Assembly (NCBI GenBank): GCA_043228905.1
Contig: JBHGNT010001311.1
Coordinates: 1 to 9,937 of the forward strand
Source of the DNA: Azolla caroliniana
Taxonomy: Eukaryota > Plantae > Polypodiophyta
Reading direction: 5' to 3'
Length of the DNA: 9,937 nucleotides
Part shown: positions 9,001-9,937 of the stretch, one piece after another
Position numbering within the stretch: position 1 is the stretch's first letter
How the letters are laid out: each line of letters starts with the position of its first letter
Program-made: the position numbers and the translations under genes
The notes under the pieces: generated by a model
The model's input: only the letters and a program-made list of their open reading frames with translations
Told to the model about the DNA's origin: nothing
The model's database searches: none

Positions 9001-9460
9001 CCCGGGTTCACTCGAACAGGACCTGGGTACTCAGTTGCAAAGGCCGGGCAATCCTGTGTCGACCAATGCAGGATCTGCAGTTCCTTCCATTTCAATATTA
9101 ATACCATCGTATAAATGTAGCACCTTTCTGATTAAAGCCAAAACAAGCCTCATGCAAGAAAAGGCCGACTGTTAAGATTTCATAACATGCGCATTTCAAC
9201 CATATAAGTATACTTACTTTTGAATGAAACCACGGGAATACTGCTCGAATGCACATTAAAATGAAACTAAGAAAAATATAATGTACTTCTGTTGTCGTTA
9301 CCTGGACATGCCTGCTGGTGTTCTTGAGAGAGAGCGATTTGCGGTACTCTTTTCCAGGCTCCCATCTCCGCCATATCACATGATTATTGCAGCTGCTGCT
9401 GCTGCTACTTCTCATTATGAACCCGCACGCCTCCATTCCTTGCTCTTTCTCTTTCTTCAT
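2781..9460 (-). CDS. CFAP65: Cilia- and flagella-associated protein 65-like (CCDC108), 9 exons: complement join(9302-9460, 8919-9074, 8503-8769, 8115-8393, 6660-7939, 6343-6553, 4652-6242, 3644-4467, 2781-3011); 1665 aa
   Basis: Consecutive minus-strand ORFs join through GT-AG sites with matching phases (0,0,0,0,2,0,1,0) into a stop-free 4998-nt CDS. Segments match CFAP65 as I recall it: VIWRRWEPGKEYRKSLSLKN (human LHWKGWELGKETTRNLVLKN), PVRVNPGVTCVIGIIFRP (PIFLSPGITLTLPIVFRP), PPFSIMPKAGLLQSGE (SPFQMLPATGLLEPGQ), YYKRVFCIIQDCHPLYCDLVGCC ([22 protein letters not shown]). It has many 'xDFG...N.S...F...P..G.I.P' Ig-like repeats. Confidence 0.9.
3095..3505 (+). mobile_element. Possible highly degenerate LINE reverse-transcriptase remnant in CFAP65 intron 8
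   Basis: Motif-like pieces occur in the expected order: Y-(frameshift)-FILV at 3099-3114, FTDE at 3176-3187 (for FADD), FLGLPF at 3382-3399 (for YLGxP), IESRE**FQAIKG at about 3463-3501. It needs several frameshifts and stops. Confidence 0.3.
3644..4467 (-). CDS. CFAP65: CFAP65-like exon 8 (G/TGMDTEAD...FREAMQ, 824 nt)
   Basis: Acceptor TTAAG|GT (an AAG site, inferred because it restores a G-T-G motif; an in-frame CAG alternative would start the exon at 4449). Donor CAG|GTGAGG. Confidence 0.8.
4652..6242 (-). CDS. CFAP65: CFAP65-like exon 7 (VQLESNDVHF...RLSIE/G, 1591 nt)
   Basis: Acceptor GAACAG|GTA, 24 codons upstream of the tracked ORF. Donor GAAG|GTAGTC (phase 1). Includes DLEKWVE and PPLQTFELRNDG...DFQILTCLNPSGSIPP segments typical of CFAP65. 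Confidence 0.9.
6343..6553 (-). CDS. CFAP65: CFAP65-like exon 6 (W/FSFESPTFVGQEF...SDYPK, 211 nt)
   Basis: Acceptor TTTTCAG|G completes the TGG codon begun in exon 5. Donor AAG|GTGAGT. Confidence 0.88.
6660..7939 (-). CDS. CFAP65: CFAP65-like exon 5 (VMYCPLS...GCTPL/W, 1280 nt)
   Basis: Acceptor ATACAG|GTC, donor TG|GTGAGC (phase 2). 426-aa ORF with IDFG repeats. Confidence 0.9.
8115..8393 (-). CDS. CFAP65: CFAP65-like exon 4 (AHCVTAENATTVMNLNGTGKY...HFSVK, 93 codons)
   Basis: Acceptor TTATAG|GCA, 12 codons upstream of the tracked ORF start. Donor AAG|GTGTGG. LDFGDVVVG repeat. Confidence 0.85.
8503..8769 (-). CDS. CFAP65: CFAP65-like exon 3 (GSFSVALKG...YSAQ, 89 codons)
   Basis: Acceptor CTACAG|GGA, donor CAG|GTACTG, phase 0/0. 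LDFG Ig-like repeat. Confidence 0.85.
8919..9074 (-). CDS. CFAP65: CFAP65-like exon 2 (ILHWST...HFCATK, 52 codons)
   Basis: Acceptor CTGCAG|ATC, donor AAG|GTGATG, phase 0/0. Confidence 0.85.
9302..9460 (-). CDS. CFAP65: CFAP65-like exon 1 (MKKEKEQ...KNTSRHVQ, 53 codons)
   Basis: ATG at 9460 (in-frame downstream ATGs are possible alternatives). Donor CAG|GTAACG at 9301. Contains the WRRWEPGKEY motif. Confidence 0.8.
9392..9406. repeat. (GCT)5 trinucleotide repeat encoding most of the Ser6 run in CFAP65-like exon 1
   Basis: gctgctgctgctgct on the + strand, which is AGC x5 on the coding strand. Confidence 0.85.
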
Positions 9461-9937
9461 CTCAAACCTACGTTTCTTTCTCTTTCTTCCACACCATCGC
9501 GATGGATGATGCTACGTACATGCGCATTCTCGCAGTTATATATGATGCAAGCCAGCAGTTACAAATATTTATATGTATATATGTATATATGAGGGATTTT
9601 ACCACGGTAGCTCTTCTCTTGAATTATTCGTGAAATTCCCCAACTATGCCCCAAAGTTAATTAGTGGAACGTGTTGAATTTGCCTAAAGAAAATTTTACC
9701 CCAACTAACTTACATAGATATGCTTTGGTTATATTCCTATCAAGAGATACAAAAGCATTGTGTTCTTGTTATTTGTATGTAAACCATCATCTAGTAGATA
9801 GCATTTTAATTCTTTGTAAAATGAATTACTTGTCTCTTCTCACTTATTATTTTGGCCTGGAAAGGAGAGATTGCGCAACACATTCATTGGTTAATCACTT
9901 GTTTTGTTTGGGGGTCAAAGAGGTGGGAGATATAGTT

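Noticed and set aside
3787-9592. Plus-strand ORFs (3787, 4315, 4855, 5956, 7131, 8516, 9281) and off-frame minus ORFs (4937, 6489, 7626, 8354)
   Set aside because: They are shadow ORFs overlapping CFAP65 exons, with no recognisable motifs.
9461-9937. Possible sperm-specific promoter motifs upstream of CFAP65 (repeated CCCAACTA near 9639 and 9700; TATATATG repeats near 9570-9591)
   Set aside because: The motifs are too short and common to support a call, and I saw no AACCG DUO1-type MYB site.

Overview
Eukaryotic, intron-containing genomic DNA, most likely from a non-flowering land plant with flagellated sperm (inference). Two genes lie in tandem on the minus strand. (1) A complete 9-exon gene, 9460->2781, with a spliced CDS of 4998 nt (1665 aa) and all introns GT-AG, encodes a CFAP65/CCDC108-like cilia/flagella protein built from repeated Ig-like (ASH/MSP/PapD-type) modules. 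(2) The first coding exon (1138->818) of a rhodanese-like STR6/TSTD2/TrhO-family gene has an N-terminus made of a compound hexamer microsatellite: (EH)7, Q9, E20. The rest of that gene lies left of the window. Between the genes are a decayed Ty3/Gypsy-type pol fragment (aspartic protease region, + strand) next to a telo-box about 100 bp upstream of the STR6-like ATG, and a (TG)7(AG)7 microsatellite. The last CFAP65 intron may hold a very eroded LINE reverse-transcriptase remnant. No prokaryote-type system (CRISPR, operon, RNA gene) is supported. All family assignments come from recalled motifs, not database searches.
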